Shown here: in pieces, positions 51,243 to 63,639 of the stretch
Position numbering within the stretch: the first letter of the stretch is position 1
Layout: the number at the start of each line of letters is the position of its first letter
Assembly (NCBI RefSeq): GCF_018977255.1
Contig: NW_024704742.1
Location: 15,130,001-15,194,000, forward strand
Source: Callorhinchus milii
Taxonomy: Eukaryota
Direction of reading: 5' to 3'
DNA length: 64,000 bases
Program-made: the position numbers and the translations under genes
Notes under the pieces: model-generated
The model's database searches: none
What the model saw: the letters and a program-made list of their open reading frames with translations, nothing else
What the model was told of the DNA's origin: nothing

Positions 51243-53099
51243 CAATGTGCGGTGTTTAATGCATATGTAGAGCAACCCTATGAGGAGGAAAGACATGCAG
51301 CACTTACTTTGTTTCAATAGAACAACAGAGAAAACACTGCAGAGACTGCAGATGTGACCACTTCTTTCATCATCAGAACACAGTTTGGTCAACCATTGTG
51401 TTTAAATCATATTTCTTCACCACCTTTTCCATTCCACCCACCACACTTATCTCAAGTGAAAGTTGTGAAGTTATCAAGCAAGAACCTCATCTGAAATTCG
51501 GCTTCCACTTAATTCTATCTTTCTTCTGGTATCTTTTTTCTTCCAAACCAAGGCTCCTATTTTATTGTGCAAGTAATACCCGATGAGTTCTGTGACAGCA
51601 GAGCCCAAATTTCAATGTCATCTGATGCTTCTTAGTAGACTCTTAGCCCTGTAATTAAAAGAGAGCGCACAAAAAAAAATTATTTGGGTTAAAAAGTAGA
51701 CAAATGAAGAATACCAGAGATTACACTCCCATTGTCTTATCTAACATAGGACAAGTAGATGTCACATGAAGGCACAAAACCTAGCTGTGGTAGAGAACCA
51801 GGCTCTCTCTCTGTGTATCTGTGTCATTAATGTATTTTTTTCTTTGGAGCCAGTTCTGTGGTGTAAATGAATCCCACAGCTTTGCTTTGCAGATACAAAC
51901 TTTCATATTGTGCTCTCAGATAATTACAGTAACAAAATAAATAGAATCATTTGCCGATTATTTTGTTTAGTACTCATTTCCTTTGGTACTCATAAGTTCA
52001 GCTTCAACAATTTGCATTTGTATTGCACCATTAATGTAAATTAATGTCTTAAAGTGCTTAACAATGAAATAGGAGAAGGAGGCATCAAGCAAGAAATAAT
52101 ATAACAATAAAAATCCTTACATTTGATAGAGTGCCTTGTCATATTGTCGAAACAACTCAAATTGCTTCACAAGGTTATTCTGTGAAGTGCATTGACTATA
52201 TACGTGTAAGTGAAATAGGAGGAAATTAGAGGTGACCAAAGACCTTAGGAGATTTGGAAAGGATGGAGAGAGGTAGCCAGACTAATGGTTTTATTAGAGA
52301 GTTCTAAAGATACCGTCATGGTTGCTGAAGGTCTCCAATGGTGGATCAGATGGTGTGGGACACGACTAGTAAACCAGAAGAGCAAGAATACTGATCGTGT
52401 CCCACTCCTTGAGTTCCACCTTCTCCATCCAATTGTCTTCAGTTGATTGAAGATTAGACTGAAAAGATGGTGCAGGACCACAGAAGGATTTGAAAACAAG
52501 GACAAGAATCCTGAAACCATTCCTCTGGAAGTCTTGCGATACATAGCATGGAGTATGAGAAGTGTGAATCGTGCTGGTGTATGTGGAATTTGGGAGACTC
52601 TACACAGCAAGAAGGCACTGTCATAGTAATCTCACCTGACAATTTCAAGCTGTTTTTTCAAGCAATTTCAACCAATTTAAAATCCTCTGTGTTCTTTGCG
52701 CAGTTTCTGTTTTGATTCTCAATCTCTTCCAATTACCCAACTCTGGGTGATGTGTTACAGACCATAGAGCTAATCTGAGCAACTGGTATTTCCTTACATT
52801 ATCAGCTTTGAAGATTGCGAGTGGAAAAGACTTCAAGCCATAAATCAGTGTTATGCAAACGCTGACATTTTAAGGCTGCAGAGAAATAAGCGACAAAGCT
52901 CCTTAATAGCTTGCATCAGTTTGAAGTCTGCAAAGGCTGTTGATCCAATCCTTTGCTTCAGTCTAAAAGTCAGATTCACTGAAAAAACATGTGGGATTCT
53001 GTCCGCTCTGCAAAAAATGTTCACCACATATCCAAAGTTAGGAATTAGTCACGTGAAACACAATTCCATTTCTTAGATACAAACATCTCAATAAATTCT

Positions 53100-53489
53100 G
53101 TCTTATTCAAGATTTTCCTTTTCACTTTTAAATCCCTCCATGGTCTCACTCCACCCTACCTCTGCGATTTCCTTCAACCCTACCCATTGCTCAGTGAGCA
53201 GTGATCTGCTTCATGTCCCCCGCACTATCCGTCCCACCATCTGCGGGTGGGCTTTGAGCCATTCTGCCCCCACTCTTTGGACCCCCCTACCGGTGTCCCT
53301 CTGACTTCCTCCTTCCATTACCTTTGCCAAGGTCTGTCTCAAGCCATACCCCTTTGACCGTCATCTTTGCATCCCTACCCTCTTCGGTTCTCATCGCCAG
53401 CTAGGGTGCCAAGGCGCCAGTGTCCTGTGCTTCAGGAAATCCCCTCCAATATGAAAGGTGCTATATAAATTTGTACAGTATTGTATTGT
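53100..53489 (+). mobile_element. L2-clade LINE 3' fragment, diverged
   Basis: ttcaagattttccttttcacttttaaatccctccatggtctcactccaccctacctc (FKIFLFTFKSLHGLTPPYL); gtattgtattg tail. Confidence 0.8.
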
Positions 53490-54004
53490 CCGCTGGAGCA
53501 AAGTCCTTTGGCTGTTAGGCTACATGAGATTTAAAAATCCAAGTTTGCTGTTGTGCTCACCTGAATCTGTATACTTCATCAACAAGGTTTTTGTTGGAGG
53601 CCCATACTTCTTACCACACCTTCCATTTTACCAGACTGTCTGTCAGTATATCAGAAATATCATAGAAATGGAAATTGAGTTGCTCGGCCGTACGTTAATG
53701 TTGTGTGTCACATTTCCTGATTTCCTCTTTCACACCAATGACTTTAACATCCCTTCATCCACTTTTCCTATCATGATCCATGTATTGTATGCAAAGTTGT
53801 AAATCTCAAAGGCAAGGAAAGAAAGCAGGTTAGAGATAAACAATTACTGCTCGTCAGTGTTGACTCTGCAGTATCATAAAATCCACATTCCTTGTTTTTA
53901 TCCTGTATTTTTGACGTTTTGCTGATTTGTTTTCAGTTTCTTTGTGATATCCTCTTAATGGTCAAAATGTCACATCTTGAGATCTCTTCCTCATTATATT
54001 TGGC

Positions 54005-54250
54005 TTGGCCAGCTGGATGTCTGCCACATGTGGAAACCTACCACTATGTTTAAGAAGATCCAAACCAGTAAAAGACCCACGTTTTTATGGTTTCTATTTA
54101 TATGGTGTAGAATGCACACTCTCTTCCCAGATGGACAAAACCTGCTGGCCAACTTCCACTGTGTTAGGTGCAGGTTGGCAAGAACTAAAGCTTGGGGTCC
54201 CCAGAAAATGCATTGGAATACTGCTGGAGTTTAAGCAGCTAAACCCTGTA
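54005..54250 (+). repeat. Unclassified interspersed repeat (family X), 5' part
   Basis: ttaggtgcaggttggcaagaactaaagcttgggg..ctggagtttaagcagctaaaccc matches 59678-59752. Confidence 0.72.
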
Positions 54251-54354
54251 GGTAAGTATACTAAATTATGTATTACTCAGCTGTACACATACATGATGCT
54301 GTGATACTGAACTATACATACACGATAGAGTGATACTGAACGTACACACAGTCT

Positions 54355-54790
54355 ACCTGTTTAGGTGGACGTTAAAAATCCCATGGCACTATTCAAAAAG
54401 AGAAGGGATTTTCTTCCGCTATCCTAACCAACAATCCCCCTAATTAAAAAAAAGTCATTCATTTCACAGCAGTGAAATTAATGACATTGCTGTGTACAAT
54501 TGGCTGTTACATTGGCCTGATCACCTATAAAGTTTACAGTTACTTCAACAACTACAACAACAACAAGATTACATTTCTTTAGCGCCTTTCATATCGGGAG
54601 GATGTCCCAAGGTGCTGGACAGTGTACAGCATTTCAGACCTGAGCTGGGGTCAGGGGGGGGAGAAGGGAGGGGAGGGGAAGTGGGGTGGCCTATGGCATG
54701 GTCGAAGAGGAGGGTTTCACTTCACTTTATAGTATACCACGTAAAGCACTTTGAGACGTCCTCCTGGCCAAATGCAAGGATTATTGTTGT
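54355..54790 (+). mobile_element. Older Deu-domain SINE interrupted by L2 3' end (54547-54716, minus)
   Basis: ggtggacgttaaaaatcccatggcactattc body; TSD acttca around the L2; tail aatgcaaggattatt. Confidence 0.8.
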
Positions 54791-55233
54791 TGTTATCATT
54801 CATAAAAATAATATTCAAGTGGTTTGTATTCAGTTAGTCTATTCATCTGGAATAGGAGAAGAGCTACAGGCAACTTTAGGAAGTTTGCCCCATGGAGAAA
54901 AGGAATTCCATTTCCTCTCTTGCTTTCCTGAGCATTTGTGAGGAGAAGCCTGTGGTCCATCCAAAAAGCACTAGGAGTTCTGATTTAGTCCAAAATCTGC
55001 TGTTTATATACTCAGGCTACACACTGCATACTATACACCACATATTAAATACAGAATATTGTTTGGATATCCGATGGGTTTTCAGTGATACTCTTTCAGG
55101 TATGAAAATAATTATAGAATAACCACAATATTTACGCAAGGTTCATAGCACAGTCCATGGAACTGATTTAATCCTGTCATTAGACCAATAGTGTTCCACT
55201 CCCATACTATTTAGTTTTTAAACTATTTCATTT

Positions 55234-55996
55234 GATTGGTAAGGAAAAAGAAACAACAGTGTGGGCTCCTGTTCCTGATCATTTACTGGTGATCATTGCT
55301 GGATGGGGTGTGTGTGTGCGCGCTTGGAGTTTGACTGATGGCAGGTTCAGGCTCAGTTCTGATGCTCCTCCAGTAAAATCTCCAGATTGACATAGGAGTC
55401 AATCCAAATACTTCAGAGTTTTACACGCACAGAAGATTAACTGAAAGAAGCACTACATTTACAGTGAGTTACATATTGAACATTAGATGGTGCAGATGAA
55501 TTTTAATATGTAATCCATATTTTAAGGTTAAAAGCCCACAGCATATAAAAATAACAGCAATTTGTAATTGTATAGCACCTTCACATAGAATAACAACTCC
55601 GAGTACTTTACAGCGGTGGGGACATTGAGCAAGGGAGAAGGTGGAAGTGACAATAAGGAAGATGAAGGTTTTAAGGCGGCACTTGAAGACAGATGGGGGG
55701 ATGCAAGATGGAAAGGTCGAAGGAGGCAGTTCCGGAAGCTAAGAGCATAGATCGGAAAGCTCAATACAATGAAACAACATCTTTCTTTTAGAACATAAAA
55801 GATCATGTGAAAAAATGTCTTGCTCGTTTCTATGTTGCAGCTATGTCAATCTGGAGATTTTGTTGGAGGAGCATCAGAACTGAGCCTGAACCTGCCATCA
55901 GTCAAACCCCATGCGTGCATACACACCCCCCATCGAGCAATGATCACCAGTAACTGATCAGGAACCCACACTGTTGTTTCTTTTTCCTTACCAATC
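55234..55996. repeat. Inverted repeat pair, arms 55234-55395 and 55841-55996, 445-bp spacer
   Basis: Direct alignment of left arm to reverse complement of right arm, roughly 90 percent identical with one 6-7 bp indel. Confidence 0.92.
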
Positions 55997-56206
55997 CTTA
56001 GACATGCTAAAGCCAATTGTCTGGCTTTGGGAGCATTACTGCACACCACTCCAGAAATCACTTGGATTAATCAGTCTTTCAGTTCATGGCTGTTTGTGGG
56101 ACATCACTGTGCGCAAATTTGTTACCATGTGTGCCTACAAATACACAGTCACTACGCTTCATAGCAATTCCCTGTGAAGCGCTTTGAGACGTTTTGACGT
56201 TATAGG

Positions 56207-56282
56207 CATGTATGTATGTATGTATGTATGTATGCATGCATGCATGCATGCATGCATGCATGTATGTATGTATGTATGTATA
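56207..56282. repeat. Compound microsatellite (TATG)n(CATG)n(TATG)n at the 3' end of a SINE fragment (56085-56205)
   Basis: Directly visible. Confidence 0.95.
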
Positions 56283-59167
56283 CACCAACAACTACTTTGC
56301 AAACTGAACTTTTGGGGAAGCTTTGATATATATGCAATACGCCTCCCCACCTCCCCAACTGAGTGAGTTCTGTAAACTTGCCATCCAATGCGTTACAAAG
56401 AAATTAAAAAATCAGTTCTGATCCAGCCATCAGTTGCTCACAAGGTGGCCAAGGTGTATCACAGGGAGGTTCGTGGTCCAGAATGTCTTGACCTCATGAC
56501 TGAAGTCGTCAGGACACCAGAGAAAAACAACACCTCAAGGGGAGATTGTTTATATTTTAAAGAACTCTGGAACGCATTTAAAAACATTTGGACTTGGTTT
56601 ATTATTGTTAGAAAATATAAAGCAATACTGTTAAGGATGCGGTCATTTATTTGACTAAAAACGGTTAAGTGGAGAAATAAAAAAATGGTTTCTTCCTTTT
56701 TCCCTTTCTGATTAAATTAGTAAGTGCATTACTGGAGTAAAGAGTAACTGGCTGCAATTTGTAACATGGAATAATTTCGGATTTACATATCCAAACCACA
56801 TGAAAGCAAACCGAACATATACAGGAGGCAAGTGCATGTGGTAGCAACGTACTACGTAAATGCGGATAAATAGAGCAAACAGATCCAATTAACCCAAAAT
56901 CAAAAGTCCTGTTTGCAGTTCAGTCCAGATGACTTGAAGTGAATATAGTCCCTCAGGGTTATTACAGAGGCCCGGCTGGAGTCAATCCATGCGCCGGGAG
57001 GGATTCAATTTCCTGTCTGACACATGTGCTGCCTTTTGATGAATAGTTGAAATGTACATGAGAATCACATCAGGTGATTACATTAGCTGGACAAAAATCT
57101 GCATCAGAGCTCAGGAAATAAACAGTAGTTCATTAATGGTGTCTGGAATCTTATTTCCTTTCTCTTGAGTCTTTGCATATGACATTGTGATTCAGTGTGA
57201 CTGCAGCTGATTTCACATGCTAATTTATATATGATTTTAAAGAGGCAGTGGGAACCCATGGAGTCCATGTACAGTTCTTTGCAATACAATAATATTGCTA
57301 CAATCTGGGTTCAACAGATGAATTTGTTCTGCCACATTGCATGTAGTTGTTCTTTTTATACTATTCTTGGGCAGGATAGTTTTAGGGAATAAATATGATA
57401 TTATTTATCTTTATCCATGTATACAAATGGGCAAACCCTGCACACTGCATGTCGCATGTAAGTTATTCCACATGTCTTTTCCAATTCTATTGACATCTGT
57501 GGATTTAGAAGGTAGAATCCAATGGATACAGTGGGAGAAAGAATGGATTTGATAGTGAATCCAAACTGTTTATACTGCATTTCTGCAGACTGTGACTCGA
57601 ATGGAAACTATCATTGAAGGGCCTAGGACCATTATGCAAATCCTCAGCAAAGTTGAAAAGATTAGAAGAAAAATAAGTGTCATCAGGTCTGGGTTCAAAA
57701 ACTCTATAGATTGTAAGAAGTAGAGAAGACTAAGGAAGGTAAAGTCAACGCAGCTGTAAGATGCTCAAAAATAATGTATTATAACAAAGAGAATGTATCA
57801 TTTATGTTTTGATCAATTTAAAATAACCCTTGTGTTTGAATTTGATTTGATTCATACAAGCACATTTAATATTTTTTCACATTTGACATCTTGTTTAAAC
57901 GTGTCTAGCCATGAGGGAGATAAAGCGCTGCCTTTTGTGTCTGGAGAGATAAGAAGTGGCAGCATTCAATAAATTAATATTTTCCTATTCCCAGCTAGGG
58001 GGAACATCAAGCCATTAGGTCCACATACTGGGTGGATTGCAAACCACAATACCCCTACAAACAGGTTTTTCAGGCTAAGGAAAACTGCAATCCTCCCTAC
58101 ACCAGCGTGACATTTTCTGTTTCCTGCACCATCGATCCTTATAATGAGCTTGCACTATTAGCCTCAATTAGTGGAAATTATTGCTGTATACTTACAGCTC
58201 CTCAAAACCCAATGAAAACTGATCAGTGTAATATTGAATATAGAGATCCTTACATCTCTACAGAAGAGAAATTAATCCCACCTGTTTGAGATGGATTCAG
58301 ACCTGGGTCTCAAAGGTTAAATGACAGTAATCTAGATCACCTTCTCCTTACGGACAGGATCTTCTTACAGGCTGCCTTGTTTTCTACAACTGCCCAAAGG
58401 ATGACTGATTTGTCAGTATTTGCCTTTGATAAATTAGCATGGTCACAAACTGCATGTCTGCTATACTACAGACACCTTCTCCCCAGCTGTTTTACCGGTC
58501 AGTTGTACAAAAATGCTCCATTTGATCTAATCTGCCACAGCTCACCAAGGTAATGAATCATTTTGGATAATGATCTAAAAGAGTTTGGACAGACTTACTT
58601 GTCCCATATAAAAATTCCTGTGTTCAGAAAAGGAAAGATTTTAACACCAGCAAGCTTGTGGTTGAAGGAATTATGAAATATCTGTCCTCACTGAGCACCA
58701 AAATCCTAAATTACAAGTTACATTTTTGTTCTGTCATCACCGCAGTATATACCAAGAGTTCTCCCAGACATGTCTCTTAACACACAATGCAAAGAACCTT
58801 TCATATCAGTGGATAATATAACATAAATCTCATTACTTAAATAACGTATCAGCTGGAGTCAAATCTAAAGACTTCTCCAAAAATGGAATCGTCAGAAAGG
58901 TTTTCTTGGATGAGTAGTAAAACTGGGATTTGTTGTCAGAAAAATAAATTTTAAAAGAGGAAGAATTCCAGACATTCAGGCCTGAAACAATTGCTGCATT
59001 TGTTGAATGAAACATGGGCAAGAAACACAAGAAGTCAATAAATTGTTCTGTAAGTTATTCTTTCCCGAGGGAGCCTCTTTATCCCCTTTGAAATCTGGAG
59101 CTGCATTTTTACAGCAAACAATAATTATTTTTATTAATTTAAGGATACTGGAACTGGATACGCTTTG

Positions 59168-59400
59168 GACATTAAAGATCCCATAGCACTATTCAAAAAG
59201 AGAAGGGAGTTTCTCCTGTGTCCTGGCCAACAATCATTCAGATAAAATGGGTCACTTACTTCAAGGCTGTTTGTGGGACGTTTCTGTGTGGGAAATTGAC
59301 TGCCGTCTTTGTCCAGAAAATTACACAGTCAATACATTTTAATGTAAATCTTATGAAGTGTTTTAAGACATTTCCAGGATGTAATAAATTGCTAAATCAA
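59168..59400 (+). mobile_element. Older Deu-domain SINE, 3' two thirds
   Basis: gacattaaagatcccatagcactattcaaaaagagaagggag..gctgtttgtgggacg..aaattgactgcc. Confidence 0.78.
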
Positions 59401-59479
59401 ATCACAAAATATATTGTCCATATGATGCAGGCAATGCTTTCTTGTGCATTATTTTTATTGGCCATTTTTGGTGGTTGTT

Positions 59480-60305
59480 TTTTGATCAGCCAGGTGTGTG
59501 ACACACAAAGAAACCCATCACCATGCCTAGCTAAGGAACTGAATTCCTGAGTATCGAAACCAAACTGAGAATTGCATATATTCAACCTCTCCATGGAAAT
59601 TCTAGATATTTTTACTGGAATGGAATGTGCACTCGCTCTCTGGAGGGATGCACTCTGCTAAGCTGTTTCCAGAAAGTATTAGGCGCAGGTTGGCAAGAGC
59701 CAAGGCTTGGGGACAGCAGAGTTGGGGTACTGGAGTCCAACCAGCTAAAACCTTATAGCCTGCGATTGAAAGCACTGCCTGGGAAGCTATCCCGCCACTT
59801 GACCAGCTTGGACCACTCTATCAGTTAGGGTGGGGCTAGGATTAACGGGAGCTGAGTTGGCGGATTCCCTGTCCCCAGTGACTGGTCTGTCCTTTCAAGT
59901 CCTGCTAATGATCCAGGCTGGTTGTACTGTTAACAGCAGTGTCCTGCAGTACTGCAAACCCATCTGATTTAGGAACTGAACTGCTGAGACTGTCCCTGGG
60001 GCCTGGCTTGATTCTGACATTCCATTGCTAATATGTCACTTTGGAACCGGTCCAACAACCACAATAAAATTTGTATAGCGCCTTTCACATCGGGAGGACG
60101 TCCCAAGGTGCTGGACAGACAGAGTAACGGACCCGCGCTGGGTTTCGGTGTGGGGGAGGGTGCAGGGCAGGGGGAAGCAGGGAGATCTAAAACATGGTCT
60201 AAGAGGAGGGTCTTGAGGTGGGTCTTGAAGGTGGCGAGGGAAGGGGTGAGACGGAGGGACTGCGGGACGGCTCCAAGGAGACCCTGCTTACATCCCTCCA
60301 AGGAG
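59480..60305 (+). repeat. Unclassified interspersed repeat (family X), longest copy, interrupted by L2 3' end (about 60055-60270, minus)
   Basis: Four other copies in the window; tccaa repeated either side of the L2; homology to 7145-7190 resumes after the L2. Confidence 0.82.
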
Positions 60306-60574
60306 GATAGATAGATTGGTAGCTGTGATCAGCAAGAGCCTTTTCATTGATTTATTGAAGCAATTTTTGCTACTGAATATATTGGTGGCAATGGAAACAT
60401 TGTTTTCCAGTGGTGTGAAATCACCAGTCCTGTATTGTGCAGTATAATAAAGCTGTAGGGGTCACTGTTTAATGAAAGCTGGAAATACATACATCACCTC
60501 ATGTAAGAGGGAGGAAATAATCTTACAAACTATGATAGGTGGGTGTGTCGGTGGGTGTGTCGATGACTCGAGGT

Positions 60575-60864
60575 CACAGATTTAAAATAGTCTCTAGAAG
60601 AAGCAGAAGGGAGGTAAGAAGACATTTTTTTCACTCAGCGAGTTGTTCGAATCTGGAACGCATTGCCTGAACGGGTGGTTGAGGCCTATCCGATAACTAC
60701 TTTTAAAAATGTGGTGGATGGGTATTTGAGGAGGATGAGCTTGCAGGGTTATGGGGAAAGGGCTGGGGAGTGGGATTGACATTACATTGCTCTTTTCAAA
60801 GAGCCGGCACAGACTCGATCGGCCGAATGGCCACTTTTGTGCTGTACGATTCTATGATTCTATG
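60575..60864 (+). mobile_element. CR1-clade LINE 3' end
   Basis: tttttcactcagcgagttgttcgaatctggaacgcattgcct (FFTQRVVRIWNALP); tail gattctatgattctatg. Confidence 0.88.
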
Positions 60865-60939
60865 TGCTCCAGTCAAGCCTGCCATTTGATGTCTTGAAAC
60901 TCGACACAGTGTTTTCTAGAATTATTGAAGAAAGGGTTT

Positions 60940-62213
60940 ATTGCATCTTATTACGTCAAAATGTCTCAAAGTAATTGACAGTGATTATTGTCAAGTGTAG
61001 TGACTGATACTTTTAGACAAATGCATCAGCCATTCAGCAAACAGAAAGGACTGGAAACAGCTATGAGGTGACCGATCACGTTAGGAAGATTGCTGACCTG
61101 GCTTGTTGGAAAAAATGTTTTTTTACTATCATGGCATCATTAACATCCACCTGAAGCGAAGAAGACAGAACCTCAGTTTAATGTCTCACCTGAAGGATGG
61201 AACATCAGACAATACTGTACAATAACAACAACAAGATTACATTTGTATAGCGCCTTTCACGTCGGGAGGACGTCCCAAGGCGCTGGACAGAGTACAGCAT
61301 TTCAGACCTGAGCTTGGGTCGGACGGCGGGGAGAGGATGGGAGGGTTTGACCAGTGGCATGGTCGAAGAGGAGGGTTTTGAAGCGGGACTTGAAGGAAGC
61401 TAAGGAGGGGGCAAGGCGGATTGGAGGATTGAATTCTAGAGGTTGGGGGCAGAGTGGCTGAAGGCTCTCTGGCAGGTGGGTCTGGGGACGTGTAGCAGGC
61501 CAGAGCCGGCTGAGCGGAGGGAGCAGGCAGGTTGGTAGGTGGTTAGGAGGTCACAGAGGTAGGGTGGGGCGATACCATTGAAGGCTTTGTAGGTGAGGAC
61601 CAGGATTTTTAACTGGATCCTCTGAAGGATAGGGAGCCAATGGAGTCGGGCGAGAATGGGGGAGATGGGGTCACGGAGCTTGGTGCGGGAGAGGACATGG
61701 GCTGCAGAGTTCTGGATTATCTGCAGCCTGTGGAGGGAGGAGTTGGGAAGGCCGACAAGCAGGGCGTTTGCATGGTTGAGCCTGGAGGTGATGAGGGGTG
61801 AGGTAGTGGCGGAGTCGGGCGATATTATGGAGGTGAGGAAAGGCAGAGCAAGTCATGTCTTGGATGTGGGGAAGAAAAGACAGTTGAGGGTCGAACAAGA
61901 CACCGAGGTTCCTGACTGGCTTGGTGAGTTGAAGTGTGCAACCGTGGAGGTTGATGCTGCCAGAGCCTGAGGTGCGGAGGCGCTGGCGTGAGCCAATCAG
62001 GAGGGCCTCAGTCTTGTTCACGTTCAACTGTAGGAAGTTTGCCCTCAACCAGGACTTGATGTCCGACAGGCAGTCTGTCAGGATAGCAGTGGTCCTGGAG
62101 TTGAGGGTGTACCAGAGTTTCAACTTAAATAATAAGGTCAAATCCTCGTGTCTGACTTGAAATTGCAACCTTCTGACCCTGAAGTAAGAGTGCTACTAAT
62201 TAAGTCAAGCTGA
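60940..62213 (-). mobile_element. Older Deu-domain SINE split by the L2 at 61220-62105
   Basis: Body ttaacatccacctgaa..tttaatgtctcacctgaaggatgg before the L2; head aaccttctgacc..gagtgctact..gtcaagctga after it. Confidence 0.65.
61220..62105 (-). mobile_element. L2-clade LINE 3' ~890 bp
   Basis: ORF 61671-62168 LTDCLSDIKSWLRANFLQLNVNKTEALLIG..VRNLGVLFDPQLSF; (caa)n tail; small internal deletion near 61795. Confidence 0.95.
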
Positions 62214-63639
62214 TGTGTATTGGTGTTATTAGTAGCAATTTGTCTAATAAATGTGTTTAACCCTGTAAGGAACTGTCACCAAAATGATTTGTTCAAGTTT
62301 ATTGCTCTTAGCAAAATTAAGTGCTTCCCAGTTAAAAACAATGATTGATTGGAAAGCTTGCCGTGATTTCTGATCAACTGAGGATTGTACAGGAAGCCGC
62401 AAAGAACAAAACAAATACAGGTACAGTGACATTAATTAAAGACTATAATTTTTGTCAAATTATTGCACCATTTAAGACATCACTGTTGATACTGTCTATT
62501 CCAGAAATCATGAAATGGCAAATCAAATGCTATCAATTAATTATTCTTCAGTCTTAAAATCATTACAGTAACAATAACTTGCATTTATATAGCACAGTTC
62601 ACACCACAGAGTGCTTCACAGAAGCATGGTTGAACACAGAGATAGGAGTAAGGATTAGAATTCATTGGAATTCAGTGAATCTCTCTTACATTAATATTGA
62701 ACGTAGCTCAGCAAATGTATTCACTCTAGTAATATCAATCAGCCACACTGAGCTCAGGAAAACAGCAAAGAATGGAAAAATTCCAGAAGGTTTGAGACAT
62801 GTGTCTGTCAATTAAGATCAGTGTAGAATTATTTTCTCACACGATAATAAATTACAGCATATATTTCACAGAAATCAACTAAGAGGATTTATTTAATGAA
62901 AAAAATGTCTTTAGCTCTCTTGATCGGTGTCAGTGCTTTTCTTTTAAAAGATATGCGGTTTTGATAAATAGCCATTCAATAAAACTCTGAGGAAAATCTT
63001 TAAATATATAGCATGCCTTCATAAAGAAAGTACATGGTACAGCTTTCATCAGTAGAGTACTGCACAACCAGCCATTGCAAAACTATATCAGAGAGCATGA
63101 GGTTCATAATAACATGAGAGACTTCGATGATGTGGCTTTAAATGCACTTCAGTGGTCTGAGTGTGGAGTGTGGGGTAGACTGAACGAACATTGGTTCAGT
63201 TCCCCAGGCTACTGTGCTCTGGATCTCCTTCCTAGTGAGATGCTCAGTATAACCCAAACATTTCCCTATTGGGAAACAGGAAAATCTGAAGGCCAATAAG
63301 GAGGGAGTACCCGTAGTCGAAACATGCGTGGGTGAGAGCTTCGGCAGCCTAGGGGTGAGGGAGGAGCGGAGTCTAGCAATGTATCTCTCACATATATTCG
63401 TTATATAGAACTCATATCCAATGATATATAAATATGGTACATTCATATATAAAATTAATACAAAGCAGAGAATTTATCTCGGGTAATCAATTCATTTCCA
63501 TTTTTATCTTTATTTATTTTATTAAATGTGCACTGGCCAAGAACTGCGAGTTCAGGTCATGGGAATAGTGTAAATGTACAATGTAACCAGACAGGGTAAA
63601 TCATTTATTTTATCCAGGCTTTATGATGCACAAGTTTAT

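Noticed and set aside
59935..59960. gtcctgcagtactg resembles the 3' end of an amniote intronic hammerhead as I recall it
   Set aside because: No CUGAUGA or GAAA core upstream; short chance match inside family X
63285..63335. Possible hammerhead ribozyme (ggagtacccgtagtcgaaacatgcgtg)
   Set aside because: Lacks a correctly placed CUGANGA, stem II is mismatched and the cleavage triplet would be GUG; at best a dead remnant
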